Shown here: one piece after another, positions 18,316-27,961 of the stretch | How the letters are laid out: every line of letters starts with the position of its first letter | Numbering within the stretch: position 1 is the first letter of the stretch | Source: a virus | Lineage: Duplodnaviria > Caudoviricetes | Strand: one strand, 5' to 3' | IMG/VR virus record: IMGVR_UViG_3300029319_000206 | Location: 1-34,732 of that record | DNA length: 34,732 nt | Translations under genes and position numbers: made by a program | The notes under the pieces: generated by a model | The model's database searches: none | Seen by the model: the letters and a program-made list of their open reading frames with translations, nothing else | What the model was told of the DNA's origin: nothing

Positions 18316-19875
18316 ATGGCTGCTATTGTAACTGATCAATTTAGAATATTAAATGCAAATAATTTTGTAGAGACAATAGATGACTCTACAAATTCATATT
18401 ATGTTGTGGTTGGACTTGCTAATCCAACTTCACCTGTGGTGGGTTTTGGTAGAAGTTCAGACTGGAATACAGAAACTCCCAATCCAATAGATAATTTTAA
18501 TTACACTAATCATATTGGTGATACTACAATTTTTGGTAAAAAGGTAACATCAGATAATACAAGAAGATTAATAAGCAGAAGAAATTGGACTCAAGGAACA
18601 AAATATGAAATGTATCGTCATGATTATAGTTTGAAGAATCCATCACCTGTTACAAGTTCTTCAAGGTTATATGACGCAAGTTATTATGTGATGAATCAAA
18701 ATTTTGATGTATATATTTGTATTGATAATGGTTCAAGTGGAATTAGCACAACAGGTAATGCATCACAAGATGAACCAGTATTTACTGATCTTGAACCATC
18801 TAGAGCAGGTGAAAGTGGTGATGGATATATCTGGAAATACTTATTTACAGTTCCACCAAGTGATATAATTAAATTTGATTCTACCGAATATATTTCAGTT
18901 CCTAGTAATTGGCCTACTGCAACAACCACTCAAATACAGTCAGTTAGAGAAAATGGTGATTCAACTGTAAATAATAATCAAATAAGAAAAGTATATATTG
19001 ATAAACAAGGATTTGGATATACTCAAAATCAATCTGGAGTTGAAGTTGATATTATTGGAGATGGAACTGGAGCAAAAGTTGTTATAGACACTGATAGTGA
19101 GGGTAAAATAACTAAAACTAATGTTTCATCAGGTGGTCAAGGATATACCTATGGTATAGTTGATCTCGGAAGTTTAGGTAATCCAACAACAAGAGCAAAA
19201 TTAGTTCCTATTATACCTCCATCAAGAGGGCATGGATTTGATTTATATAAAGAATTAGGAACTGATAAACTTTTAATTTTTGCAAGATTTGATGATTCAA
19301 CAAAAGATTTTCCAACAGATACAAAATTTGCTCAAATAAGCATTATAAAAAATCCAACATCAATAGGGTCAACTGCAGTTTTTACTGAAAATCAATTTTC
19401 TTCTGTGAATGCAATTAAAGTTATTTCTCCAACAGGGACACCTACTATTGGTGAAAAAATAGAGCAAACAGTAACTGGAGGAACAGCATCAGGTTATATT
19501 GTTTCTTACGATACTGATACTAATGTTGTTAAATATTATCAAGATAGATCTTTAGTATTCAATCAAACAACAGGAGATCAAACAGATTATGTTGGTGTTA
19601 CTACAAACTCTAAAATGTTAAATTTTGCCTCTAGTGCTGATAAAATTATTGCTCCAACAAGTGGTTTTTCTGCATCAGTAGATCAAAATTTTAGTGGTAT
19701 TAGTACAAATCCAACTGGTAATAAAGTTATTTCATTAGGAGTTAACTTTACAAATGGTCTTGCTAATCCTGAGATAAATAAAAAGTCGGGTGAAGTAATT
19801 TACTTAGATAACAGACCTTTAATCACTAGAAACTCTAGACAAAAAGAAGACATCAAAATCATCTTGGAATTTTAA
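18316..19875 (+). CDS. gp8: Baseplate wedge subunit (T4 gp8-like)
   Basis: MAAIVTDQFRILNA, RRNWTQGTKYEMY, YYVMN..FDVYICIDN, DGYIWKYLFT, C-terminal GEVIYLDNR..ITR..RQKEDIKIILEF. Confidence 0.93.
   Translation: MAAIVTDQFRILNANNFVETIDDSTNSYYVVVGLANPTSPVVGFGRSSDWNTETPNPIDNFNYTNHIGDTTIFGKKVTSDNTRRLISRRNWTQGTKYEMYRHDYSLKNPSPVTSSSRLYDASYYVMNQNFDVYICIDNGSSGISTTGNASQDEPVFTDLEPSRAGESGDGYIWKYLFTVPPSDIIKFDSTEYISVPSNWPTATTTQIQSVRENGDSTVNNNQIRKVYIDKQGFGYTQNQSGVEVDIIGDGTGAKVVIDTDSEGKITKTNVSSGGQGYTYGIVDLGSLGNPTTRAKLVPIIPPSRGHGFDLYKELGTDKLLIFARFDDSTKDFPTDTKFAQISIIKNPTSIGSTAVFTENQFSSVNAIKVISPTGTPTIGEKIEQTVTGGTASGYIVSYDTDTNVVKYYQDRSLVFNQTTGDQTDYVGVTTNSKMLNFASSADKIIAPTSGFSASVDQNFSGISTNPTGNKVISLGVNFTNGLANPEINKKSGEVIYLDNRPLITRNSRQKEDIKIILEF
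19773..19780 (+). promoter_or_regulatory. Possible late promoter embedded in the gp8 3' end
   Basis: GATAAATA about 100 nt upstream of ATG 19879, the same geometry as the site at 5502. Confidence 0.45.
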
Positions 19876-19878
19876 GAA

Positions 19879-22800
19879 ATGGCTCAAAAAACAAATTTAA
19901 ATATTAGTCCTTACTATGATGATTATGATAAAAGTGATCAATTTTATAAAGTCTTATTTAAACCTGGTTTTCCAGTTCAAGCTAGAGAATTAAGCACTTT
20001 ACAATCAATTCTTCAAAATCAAGTTGAATCATTTGGAACTCACATGTTCAAAGAGGGTTCGATGGTCATACCTGGTGGTATAGCATATGATCAAGAATAT
20101 TACTCATTGAAAATAGAGGAAGAGCATTTAGGAACACCTGTTACTTTATATCTTAATGAACTTATAGGATTAAGACTTAAAGGTGAAATAACTGGTAACA
20201 TATTATCAATTGATAATTTTGAGTATCCAGAAGATAATGCAGATCTCACTAATCTCACAATATATGTAAAATTTTTAGAGTCAGGTGATGATAATTCAAC
20301 AAATGGTTTAGCAGAAGGTGAAAATTTAATAGTACAAGAAACATTTTCATATGGAAATACCATCGTAAATGCAGGAGAGTCTGTATTAAATTTGATAGAG
20401 AGTGATGATGCTTTTAGAGTTGGATCTGCTGTTGGTATATCAGAAGGTGTTTATTTTATTAGGGGTAATTTTATTCAGGTCAATAGTGAAAAAATTGTTT
20501 TAGATCCATATGATAATGAACCTTCATACCGAGTTGGACTGAATATTGATGAACAATTAACATCAGCAAAAGATGATGATTCATTATATGATAATGCTAG
20601 AGGATTTTCAAATTATGCTGCACCAGGTGCTGATAGATTAAAAATAAAAACAACTTTAACTAAAAAGGGACTAACTGATTTTAATGATACAAATTTTGTT
20701 GAATTAATTAGATTAGATGAAGGAACAATAAAACTCACAGCAGATAAAACTGATTACAACTTAATAAAAGATTATTTTGCAAAAAGAACATTTGAAGAAT
20801 CTGGTAATTATAGTTTAGATGAATTTGAAGTTGATGTTTTTAATACTCTTAATGATGGTATTACAGGAGATGGTGTTTATAGATCAAATGAGATAACTCA
20901 GCAAGGTAATATACCTGATGATGATTTATTGTGTGTAAAAGTATCATCTGGTAAAGCATACGTCAAAGGTTATGATATTCAACTTGAATCATCTCAACTT
21001 ATTGATAATGTTAAACCAAGAGATAAGCAAGTAGTTGATTCAGCTTTAGTTCCATATCAAATGGGAACTGTTTTTAAAGTTAATAATGTATTTGGTGTAC
21101 CAGCTCCAAATATTAATGATGATAGTGTTTTTGTAGAATTAACTAATAAAAGAACAGCATCAAATAGTGCAAAAACAGGGGATTTGATAGGAAGAGCAAG
21201 AGTATATTCATTTGCTGTCTCTGATGCATCATATTTTGACGATTCAACACAGTGGGATCTGCATTTATTTGATGTTCAAATATTTACAAAAATTATATTA
21301 AATCAAGTTGTTACTAACTCTGAGGTGCCAAATACATCCTTTGTAAGGGGTGTTAGCAGTGGTGCTACAGGATATGTTGCTATCGTTTCAAGTGGAGGTA
21401 ACACTCTTCATCTAAGTGAAATTACAGGTCAGTTTATGGCAGGTGAACAATTAATCATAAATGAAGACACTTCTTTTGTTAGATCAATAAGAACGGTTAA
21501 AACTTTTGGTATTCAAGATGTAAAGTCAGTTTATCAAGGCACCTCTTCCTTAGCTGGGTATGCTACTGATTTTGTTGCTGATACTGTTCTTCAGAGAGTA
21601 ATAGGACCTTCTTTCAGTAATTCTGATCAAATTACTATTACTGGTGCAGGTGCGACAACAAACGGTGCTTATAATTTTGTTGGAGTTAGCACTGGAACAA
21701 TATTAAGATATACTCCATCAGGAGAAACAGTTGAAAGATTTAATCGTATAGAAACAGTATCATCAGATGGATTAAGTGTTACTCTTTCTGCAGTTCCAAG
21801 TGTAACAGGTATTACAACAGATATATGTAATGGAGCTTTAAATACTACTAAAATAAGCACCACTTTTGCTTTTGGTGTGCCGAACATTAATTTAGAAGAT
21901 AGTAGAGGATTATATACAGAGATAGATAATAAAAATGTTTCAGATATTGATTTATCGACTGCTACATTACTAGTCGGAAAAAATATTACTGCTGAAAGCA
22001 CCGATGGTTCTGGTGTTCTAACTTTTGATTTATCTGCAAGTGGTATATCAAGTGCATTTTATGAAAGTTTTGATGAGGAAAGATATTCAATTCATTATAG
22101 TGATGGTGCGATTGAACAATTAACTTCAGATCAATTTGTTTTAAGTTCTGATGGGCAAACAGTTACTATCAATGGATTAAGAACTAGTCAATCTAATGTT
22201 GTTGTAAGTTCAACTCTTAAAAAAGAATCTTTAAAGAGTAAACAGAAAAATTATATAAGAAGTCAAAAAATTACTGTTGAAAAAACAGCAGTTGGAATTA
22301 ATACCGCTTTGACTGGAATGGAGATAAGCAAAAATTATGGTCTTCGTGTTGAAGATAAGGAAATATCATTAAACGTGCCAGATGCAGTAAAAGTCATAGG
22401 TGTTTATGAATCACTCAATACATTATCACCTACTTTAGATGTATTTACTTTCCCATCTGGATTATCATTGAATACGGAATCAATATTAGGGGAAAAAATA
22501 GTTGGTTCTGATACTGGAGCAGTTGCACAAATTGTTGGTAGAAATTCAGCAACTGAAGTTGAGATATCAGTTTTATCATCAAACGCATTTAGTATTGGTG
22601 AAATAATTACTTTTGAAGAATCAAATATTACAACCACCCTACAAGATATAACATTTGGCAATAATTTAAATATTACAAATAGATATAAATTAGATAAAGG
22701 TCAGAGAGAAGAGTTTTATGACTATTCTAGAATCGTAAGAAGAAAAGATTTTCCACCAGCATCTAGAAAACTTTTAATAGTTTACGATAGATATGATGTT

Positions 22801-25800
22801 CCATCTAGTGATAGAGGTGATTTCTATACAGTTGCTTCCTACCCTGAAGAGAGATTTGGAAAAGATATTCCACATTTAAAAAATGGATTAAGATCTACTG
22901 ATACAATTGATTTCAGACCAAGAGTTGGTGCATATGGTGGAACAGGATCTCCGTTTGCATTTGCAAATAGAAGTTTTAACAATTCTTCTAATCCAACTTC
23001 TATTGTAACTCCTAATGAGAGTTCAATTATTGGATATAATTTTTATCTCCCAAGAATTGACAAAGTAGTCTTAGATTCTAATGGAGATATAGTTATAATA
23101 ACAGGTGAATCTTCAACTAACCCAACTCCCATATCTGTTCTTGATAATGCTATGGTGTTAGCAACTATAGAATTACCTGCATATCTTTATGATCCAGATG
23201 ATGCAAAAGTTATCATAGAAGATAATGTAAGATTTACTATGAAAGACATAAGTAAGTTAGAAGATAGAATTGAAAATTTAGAAGTTACATCATCTCTAAG
23301 TCTATTAGAATTAGATACAAAAACACTTCAGATCCAAGATGCTGATGGTTTATCAAGATTTAAAACTGGATTTTTTGTAGATGATTTTAAAAATACTAAT
23401 TTAATTAATATTGACGACGTTGATTGCAACGTCACTGTTGATACTGACAAACAAGAATTAGAATCTACAACTAATTTTTGGTCATTAAAACCACAACTAG
23501 CATTAGACCCATCTATTAATATCGCTACTGCTGATTTTTCTACAGATTTACCACTTTTAGATTCAAATTGTAAAAAAACTGGTGATTTAATAACTTTAGA
23601 TTATGAAGAAGTATCTTGGATAGGTAATCCACTTGCTTCAAGAGTAGAAAATGTTAACCCATTTAATTTAACTGGGTTTATTGGAACCGTAAAATTAGAT
23701 CCTGCGAATGATACATGGGTAAGAAATATAGAGGTATCTGGTGGTAGTAAAACAATAACAGGTAAAGTTGCTAAAACTTACGTTGAGAAAAAACAAATTA
23801 GTTCAAAACCTGATGATCATATAAGGTCTCGTAACGTTGGATTTAGTGCAGACGGACTTAGACCAGTTACAAGATTTTATCCATTTTTTGATTATACAAG
23901 TGGGATTAATTTAATTCCCAAATTATTAGAAATATCTATGGTAAATGGTATATTTACCAAAGGTGAAACAGTTGAGGCACTAAAAGATGGTCAAAGAGTT
24001 GCTATATTTAGAATATCTCAACCAGATCATAAAGCTGGAGATATTAATGCACCATCTTTAACATTTAATGCAAACCCATATGACACATCACTTAGTTTAG
24101 GAAGTGTATATTCTGCCTCTTCAACTGTATTGAATATTGATATAAATGCTCTTGCCGATGAAGCAAAAGGTAGTTTTTATGGTTATATTCCTACAACTGG
24201 CACAATTACACTTCTAGGAAAAAGTAGTAATGCACAAGCAACAGTCACTAATGTTAGATTGGTTGCTGATACTTATGGAGATTTATATGGTTCATTCTTC
24301 TTTGAAGATCCTCTTAAAATACCTGCTCCAAGTTTAAGATTTAAAGTTGGAACTAGTACTTTTAAATTAACATCTGAATCCACTATAAACACTGCCGAAG
24401 CAGAAGGAAGTATATTGTTATCAGAGGCTGCTACTGAATATGTCACAAATGGAAAGGTCAATACAATTCAATCTACAAATATAACTGTTCGAGTTCCACC
24501 TCCTGTATTTTATAAAAAATCTGGTGGCAGTAAGTATAAGATAGCCAAAAAGAGTTTGATGGCTAATTTTGATTCCAGATACTCTAGGTTTAAAGGTGGA
24601 TATGTGAAGACCACAGGACCTAAAAAAGTCCAAGCTATGCAGAAAAAGAAGAGGCAACAGAAGAAGAAGAAGAAATCTCCGTACAACTATTATAGTGGTA
24701 AACAGTATCAAGGAATTGACCCTCTATCACAAACATTTAAAGTTGACGAGGATGGTGCATTTTTAACTTCAGTTGATTTATTCTTTGCAAGAAAAGATCC
24801 AAATGAAAATATTTCAGTTGAAATAAGAACAACCGAATTAGGAACACCTACAACTCAATTAGTTCAAGATTTTGCTCGTGTTGTGATAAATCCTGTTGAT
24901 GTTAATGTTTCAAGTAATGGAGAAGTTGCAACTAGAGTAACATTCCCATCACCGATATATCTAGAACCAGATACAGAGTATGCATTAGTTCTTGGAGTAC
25001 AACAATCAATTGAATATGAGGTATGGATATCTCGTATGGGTGATCGAACTGTAAATACACAAAGTTTACCTGATGCGGAATCGGTTATCGTAACTCGTCA
25101 ATATCTTGGTGGTAGTTTATTCAAATCACAAAATGGTTCAGTATGGACTGCTAGCCAATATGAAGATTTAAAATTCCAACTTTATAAAGCATCATTTATT
25201 GAAGATGAAGGAACTGTATTTTTCTACAATTCCAAGATGGAAACTGGAACTGGTAATATCGAAAGATTATTGCCTAATGCAATTAAAACATTACCAAGAA
25301 AATTAAAAGTTGGTATTACAACTACAACTGACACTGACGGATTACTCACAAATGGTGTTAAAGTAAGTGATGCAACAACAGCAACTGCAATTCAAGGATA
25401 TATTGAGAATGTGGGTGGTCCTATATCCACACTTGCGGTAACAAATGCAGGACAAGGATTTGCAGCAAGTCAAACATATACTGCAGTTCCTTTGTATAAT
25501 ATCACTGGTAACGGAAGTGGAATGACTGCTACTATTCAAACAGATAGTTCTGGTAAAGTATCATCCGCTGCGATTTCATCTAATACAGGTGGTGCAGGAT
25601 ATGTTATTGGTGATGTTCTTGGTATTACAACAAGTAATGTAATTAAAGGTTCAGATGCATTAATCAGTGTGACAGCAACTAGTGGTAAGAGTACACTCTA
25701 TCTTAAAAATGTACAAGGTGAAGAATTTACAACTGGTCAACCATTAGTTGTAACAGATGGTGGTTCTCAAGTATCATTAGCAACTACGACCATACTTTCA

Positions 25801-27153
25801 TCTGCGATTTATGATGATAAGTATGAAGGAAATGTTATTGAAGTAAATCATTTTAATCATGGTATGCAAGCTGACAATAACTTTGTAACTCTTGCTGATA
25901 TAGAACCAGACACAACTTCAGTATTGCTAACAGATTCTCTTGCAGTCGATGATCAAGTAATATCAGTTGCAAGCACATCAGAATTTGCAACATTTGCTGG
26001 AATATCAACAACTCAGGGATTTGTTAAGATTAATAGTGAAATTATTTACTATGATAGTATTGGTACAAACCAACTTGGAATTGGAACTAGAGGTGTAGAT
26101 GGAACAATACCAAGAACACATAATACAGGTGATCGTTCGTTAAAATATGAGTTAAATGGTTTAGATTTAAGTAAAATAAACACTACTCATGACATGGCTT
26201 TGATGCCTGTAGGTGTTAATGCACTTAAAAATATTGACCGTTATTATTTGAGTATTAATAGGGGTTCTTCCTCTTCAGGTGATTCTCAAGTTAGTTTTGT
26301 CGATGAATCCAATGTTGGTGGGGATAATATATTTGCATCACAAAACTATCAGTTTGATAAAGTGATTCCACAATTCAATACTTTATTACCAAATTCCAAT
26401 GTAGGAATGTATAATCAAATCAGAACTGTTTCTGGAACTAGTGCTGGTGGAAATGAGGTTTCCTTTATTGATCAAGGATTTGAAAGTGTCACTATTAATA
26501 ATGAAAATACATTATCAACACCTAGACTTTTATGTTCTGAAATAAATGAAATTAATCGATTAACAGATTTGCCTTTGAATCGATCATTTACCTTTTCATG
26601 TATTATGGCTTCATCAAGTCCAAATGTGTCTCCAGTTATTGACATACAAAATGGTGTTATAATTTATGAAAGATCAAGATTAAATCGACCAATACTAGAT
26701 TATGTGAAGGATGGTAGATCAGAACAAGCATCTGGTGATCCTCATTCTTCAGTTTATATAAGTAATCAAATTAATCTTAAAAATCCAGCGACATCTCTCA
26801 AGGTCATTGTTGCTGCATATAGAGATGCATCTGCTGACTTTAGAGCATTTTATCAGTTAGTTAGAGCAGATGGATCTGAAACTGAATTAGCATATAATGC
26901 ATTTCCTGGTTTCGATAATTTGGAAGATACAGATGGTGATGGTTTTGGTGATAAAGTTGTTGATGCATCAAAAAATTCTGGAAGACCAGATGCGTTTGTT
27001 TCTCCAAGTTTAGTTGACGAATTTAAAGAATATCAATTTAGTGTTGATAATTTAGAAGAGTTCATTGGATATAAAATTAAAATTGTGTTTAGTGGAACTA
27101 ATGAAGCAAAGGCACCTAGACTTAAAGATTTACGAACAATCGCACTCGCATGA
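19879..27153 (+). CDS. vrlC: Large virion structural protein, VrlC-like / DUF4815 family
   Basis: N-terminal NLNISPYYDDYD...KVLFKPGFPVQARELSTLQSILQNQ, APGADRLKI, AKRTFEESGNY, YLPRIDK, RFKTGFFVDDF, ENVNPF, DPLSQTF and GSLFKSQNGSVWTASQYEDLKF are characteristic of this family; follows gp8 as in T4-like cyanophages. Confidence 0.85.
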   Translation: MAQKTNLNISPYYDDYDKSDQFYKVLFKPGFPVQARELSTLQSILQNQVESFGTHMFKEGSMVIPGGIAYDQEYYSLKIEEEHLGTPVTLYLNELIGLRLKGEITGNILSIDNFEYPEDNADLTNLTIYVKFLESGDDNSTNGLAEGENLIVQETFSYGNTIVNAGESVLNLIESDDAFRVGSAVGISEGVYFIRGNFIQVNSEKIVLDPYDNEPSYRVGLNIDEQLTSAKDDDSLYDNARGFSNYAAPGADRLKIKTTLTKKGLTDFNDTNFVELIRLDEGTIKLTADKTDYNLIKDYFAKRTFEESGNYSLDEFEVDVFNTLNDGITGDGVYRSNEITQQGNIPDDDLLCVKVSSGKAYVKGYDIQLESSQLIDNVKPRDKQVVDSALVPYQMGTVFKVNNVFGVPAPNINDDSVFVELTNKRTASNSAKTGDLIGRARVYSFAVSDASYFDDSTQWDLHLFDVQIFTKIILNQVVTNSEVPNTSFVRGVSSGATGYVAIVSSGGNTLHLSEITGQFMAGEQLIINEDTSFVRSIRTVKTFGIQDVKSVYQGTSSLAGYATDFVADTVLQRVIGPSFSNSDQITITGAGATTNGAYNFVGVSTGTILRYTPSGETVERFNRIETVSSDGLSVTLSAVPSVTGITTDICNGALNTTKISTTFAFGVPNINLEDSRGLYTEIDNKNVSDIDLSTATLLVGKNITAESTDGSGVLTFDLSASGISSAFYESFDEERYSIHYSDGAIEQLTSDQFVLSSDGQTVTINGLRTSQSNVVVSSTLKKESLKSKQKNYIRSQKITVEKTAVGINTALTGMEISKNYGLRVEDKEISLNVPDAVKVIGVYESLNTLSPTLDVFTFPSGLSLNTESILGEKIVGSDTGAVAQIVGRNSATEVEISVLSSNAFSIGEIITFEESNITTTLQDITFGNNLNITNRYKLDKGQREEFYDYSRIVRRKDFPPASRKLLIVYDRYDVPSSDRGDFYTVASYPEERFGKDIPHLKNGLRSTDTIDFRPRVGAYGGTGSPFAFANRSFNNSSNPTSIVTPNESSIIGYNFYLPRIDKVVLDSNGDIVIITGESSTNPTPISVLDNAMVLATIELPAYLYDPDDAKVIIEDNVRFTMKDISKLEDRIENLEVTSSLSLLELDTKTLQIQDADGLSRFKTGFFVDDFKNTNLINIDDVDCNVTVDTDKQELESTTNFWSLKPQLALDPSINIATADFSTDLPLLDSNCKKTGDLITLDYEEVSWIGNPLASRVENVNPFNLTGFIGTVKLDPANDTWVRNIEVSGGSKTITGKVAKTYVEKKQISSKPDDHIRSRNVGFSADGLRPVTRFYPFFDYTSGINLIPKLLEISMVNGIFTKGETVEALKDGQRVAIFRISQPDHKAGDINAPSLTFNANPYDTSLSLGSVYSASSTVLNIDINALADEAKGSFYGYIPTTGTITLLGKSSNAQATVTNVRLVADTYGDLYGSFFFEDPLKIPAPSLRFKVGTSTFKLTSESTINTAEAEGSILLSEAATEYVTNGKVNTIQSTNITVRVPPPVFYKKSGGSKYKIAKKSLMANFDSRYSRFKGGYVKTTGPKKVQAMQKKKRQQKKKKKSPYNYYSGKQYQGIDPLSQTFKVDEDGAFLTSVDLFFARKDPNENISVEIRTTELGTPTTQLVQDFARVVINPVDVNVSSNGEVATRVTFPSPIYLEPDTEYALVLGVQQSIEYEVWISRMGDRTVNTQSLPDAESVIVTRQYLGGSLFKSQNGSVWTASQYEDLKFQLYKASFIEDEGTVFFYNSKMETGTGNIERLLPNAIKTLPRKLKVGITTTTDTDGLLTNGVKVSDATTATAIQGYIENVGGPISTLAVTNAGQGFAASQTYTAVPLYNITGNGSGMTATIQTDSSGKVSSAAISSNTGGAGYVIGDVLGITTSNVIKGSDALISVTATSGKSTLYLKNVQGEEFTTGQPLVVTDGGSQVSLATTTILSSAIYDDKYEGNVIEVNHFNHGMQADNNFVTLADIEPDTTSVLLTDSLAVDDQVISVASTSEFATFAGISTTQGFVKINSEIIYYDSIGTNQLGIGTRGVDGTIPRTHNTGDRSLKYELNGLDLSKINTTHDMALMPVGVNALKNIDRYYLSINRGSSSSGDSQVSFVDESNVGGDNIFASQNYQFDKVIPQFNTLLPNSNVGMYNQIRTVSGTSAGGNEVSFIDQGFESVTINNENTLSTPRLLCSEINEINRLTDLPLNRSFTFSCIMASSSPNVSPVIDIQNGVIIYERSRLNRPILDYVKDGRSEQASGDPHSSVYISNQINLKNPATSLKVIVAAYRDASADFRAFYQLVRADGSETELAYNAFPGFDNLEDTDGDGFGDKVVDASKNSGRPDAFVSPSLVDEFKEYQFSVDNLEEFIGYKIKIVFSGTNEAKAPRLKDLRTIALA

Positions 27154-27344
27154 TTCCAATTAAAGACCATAAAAATCTTTTCAGAGATGAAAAATCAGGT
27201 GCTGTAGTTAATACAGATACTAACGCTTATGCTCAATATAAAAGAATGAAATCTGCTAAAGTAAGTCAGAGAGAAGAAATTGATAAGATGAAAGAGGACA
27301 TTGAAGAGATTAAATATTTACTTCAACAAATAGTCTCAAAATAG
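27150..27344 (+). CDS. Small hypothetical protein with C-terminal coiled coil
   Basis: 64 aa, ATGA overlap; LFRDEKSGAVVN followed by EIDKMKEDIEEIKYLL heptads. Confidence 0.8.
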   Translation: MIPIKDHKNLFRDEKSGAVVNTDTNAYAQYKRMKSAKVSQREEIDKMKEDIEEIKYLLQQIVSK

Positions 27345-27359
27345 ACGGATTACTGGAAA

Positions 27360-27367
27360 TATAAATA
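27360..27367 (+). promoter_or_regulatory. T4-type late promoter
   Basis: Perfect TATAAATA in the intergenic gap, 27 nt before ATG 27395. Confidence 0.85.
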
Positions 27368-27394
27368 TATCTAGAATCCTGATATTGTTTTTAA

Positions 27395-27733
27395 ATGGCA
27401 GTTTACGTAAGTAATCTAACTGTTAATACTGGTACTACATTTTCTCAGATTTTTACTTTGGAAAGTGCAGACACAAATTCTGCTGCGGATTTGACTGGTT
27501 TTACTGCTTCTGCACAGATGCGTAAGCATCCTGGTGCAAGTAAAGCAACTGATTTCTCAGCTACAATAACTAATGCGACGGGTGGTAAAATAAGAGTTGG
27601 ACTTACAACAAGTCAAACTGCAGCATTAAAACCTGGTAGATTTATGTATGATGTTCTGATTACAGATACATCTGGTGAAGTAACAAGAGTTTTAGAAGGT
27701 GCAGTTTTAGTTAGAGAAGGAGTTACAAGGTAA
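27395..27733 (+). CDS. Small virion/baseplate-associated beta-sandwich protein (possible fibre adaptor)
   Basis: 112 aa; NLTVNTGTTFS..F, DLTGFTASAQMRK, G.I...LT..QT..L.PGR..YDV, RVLEG; a pattern typical of BppU-N-like adaptor proteins beside fibre genes. Confidence 0.65.
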   Translation: MAVYVSNLTVNTGTTFSQIFTLESADTNSAADLTGFTASAQMRKHPGASKATDFSATITNATGGKIRVGLTTSQTAALKPGRFMYDVLITDTSGEVTRVLEGAVLVREGVTR

Positions 27734-27960
27734 TGCCAGAGATTAAAGTAAGAGTCGGTCAAAAAAATGCTGTTAAGGTTACATCCTCATTAGCAGGTGC
27801 TTCAGCAGGAACTATTGGTGAACTAAGTGATGTGAACGCCAGTAATGCACAGAATGGTATGGTTTTAGTGTACAACAGCACCACTGGGCAGTGGACTGGA
27901 ACTTTGGAGTTAACTCCAGGTGCGACACAGAATTTGGACATAAACGGAGGAAGTTTCTGA
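27733..27960 (+). CDS. Small fibre-associated structural protein
   Basis: 75 aa; LSDV...NGMVLVYNSTTGQW fibre repeat and C-terminal INGGSF; TAATG coupling. Confidence 0.7.
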   Translation: MPEIKVRVGQKNAVKVTSSLAGASAGTIGELSDVNASNAQNGMVLVYNSTTGQWTGTLELTPGATQNLDINGGSF

Positions 27961-27961
27961 A

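Noticed and set aside
24421-24711. Minus-strand 96-aa ORF with a signal-peptide-like start (RRFLLLLLLPLLFL) overlapping the cationic cassette
   Set aside because: The Leu/Phe run is the reverse complement of the AAG poly-Lys tract; TTG start and no promoter or RBS evidence. Most likely a shadow ORF.
5606-27153. Possible intein, group I intron or homing endonuclease explaining the giant ORFs
   Set aside because: No Hint motifs (C-x...HN-[CST]) and no LAGLIDADG, HNH or GIY-YIG signatures seen; frames are uninterrupted and size is explained by repeat modules.
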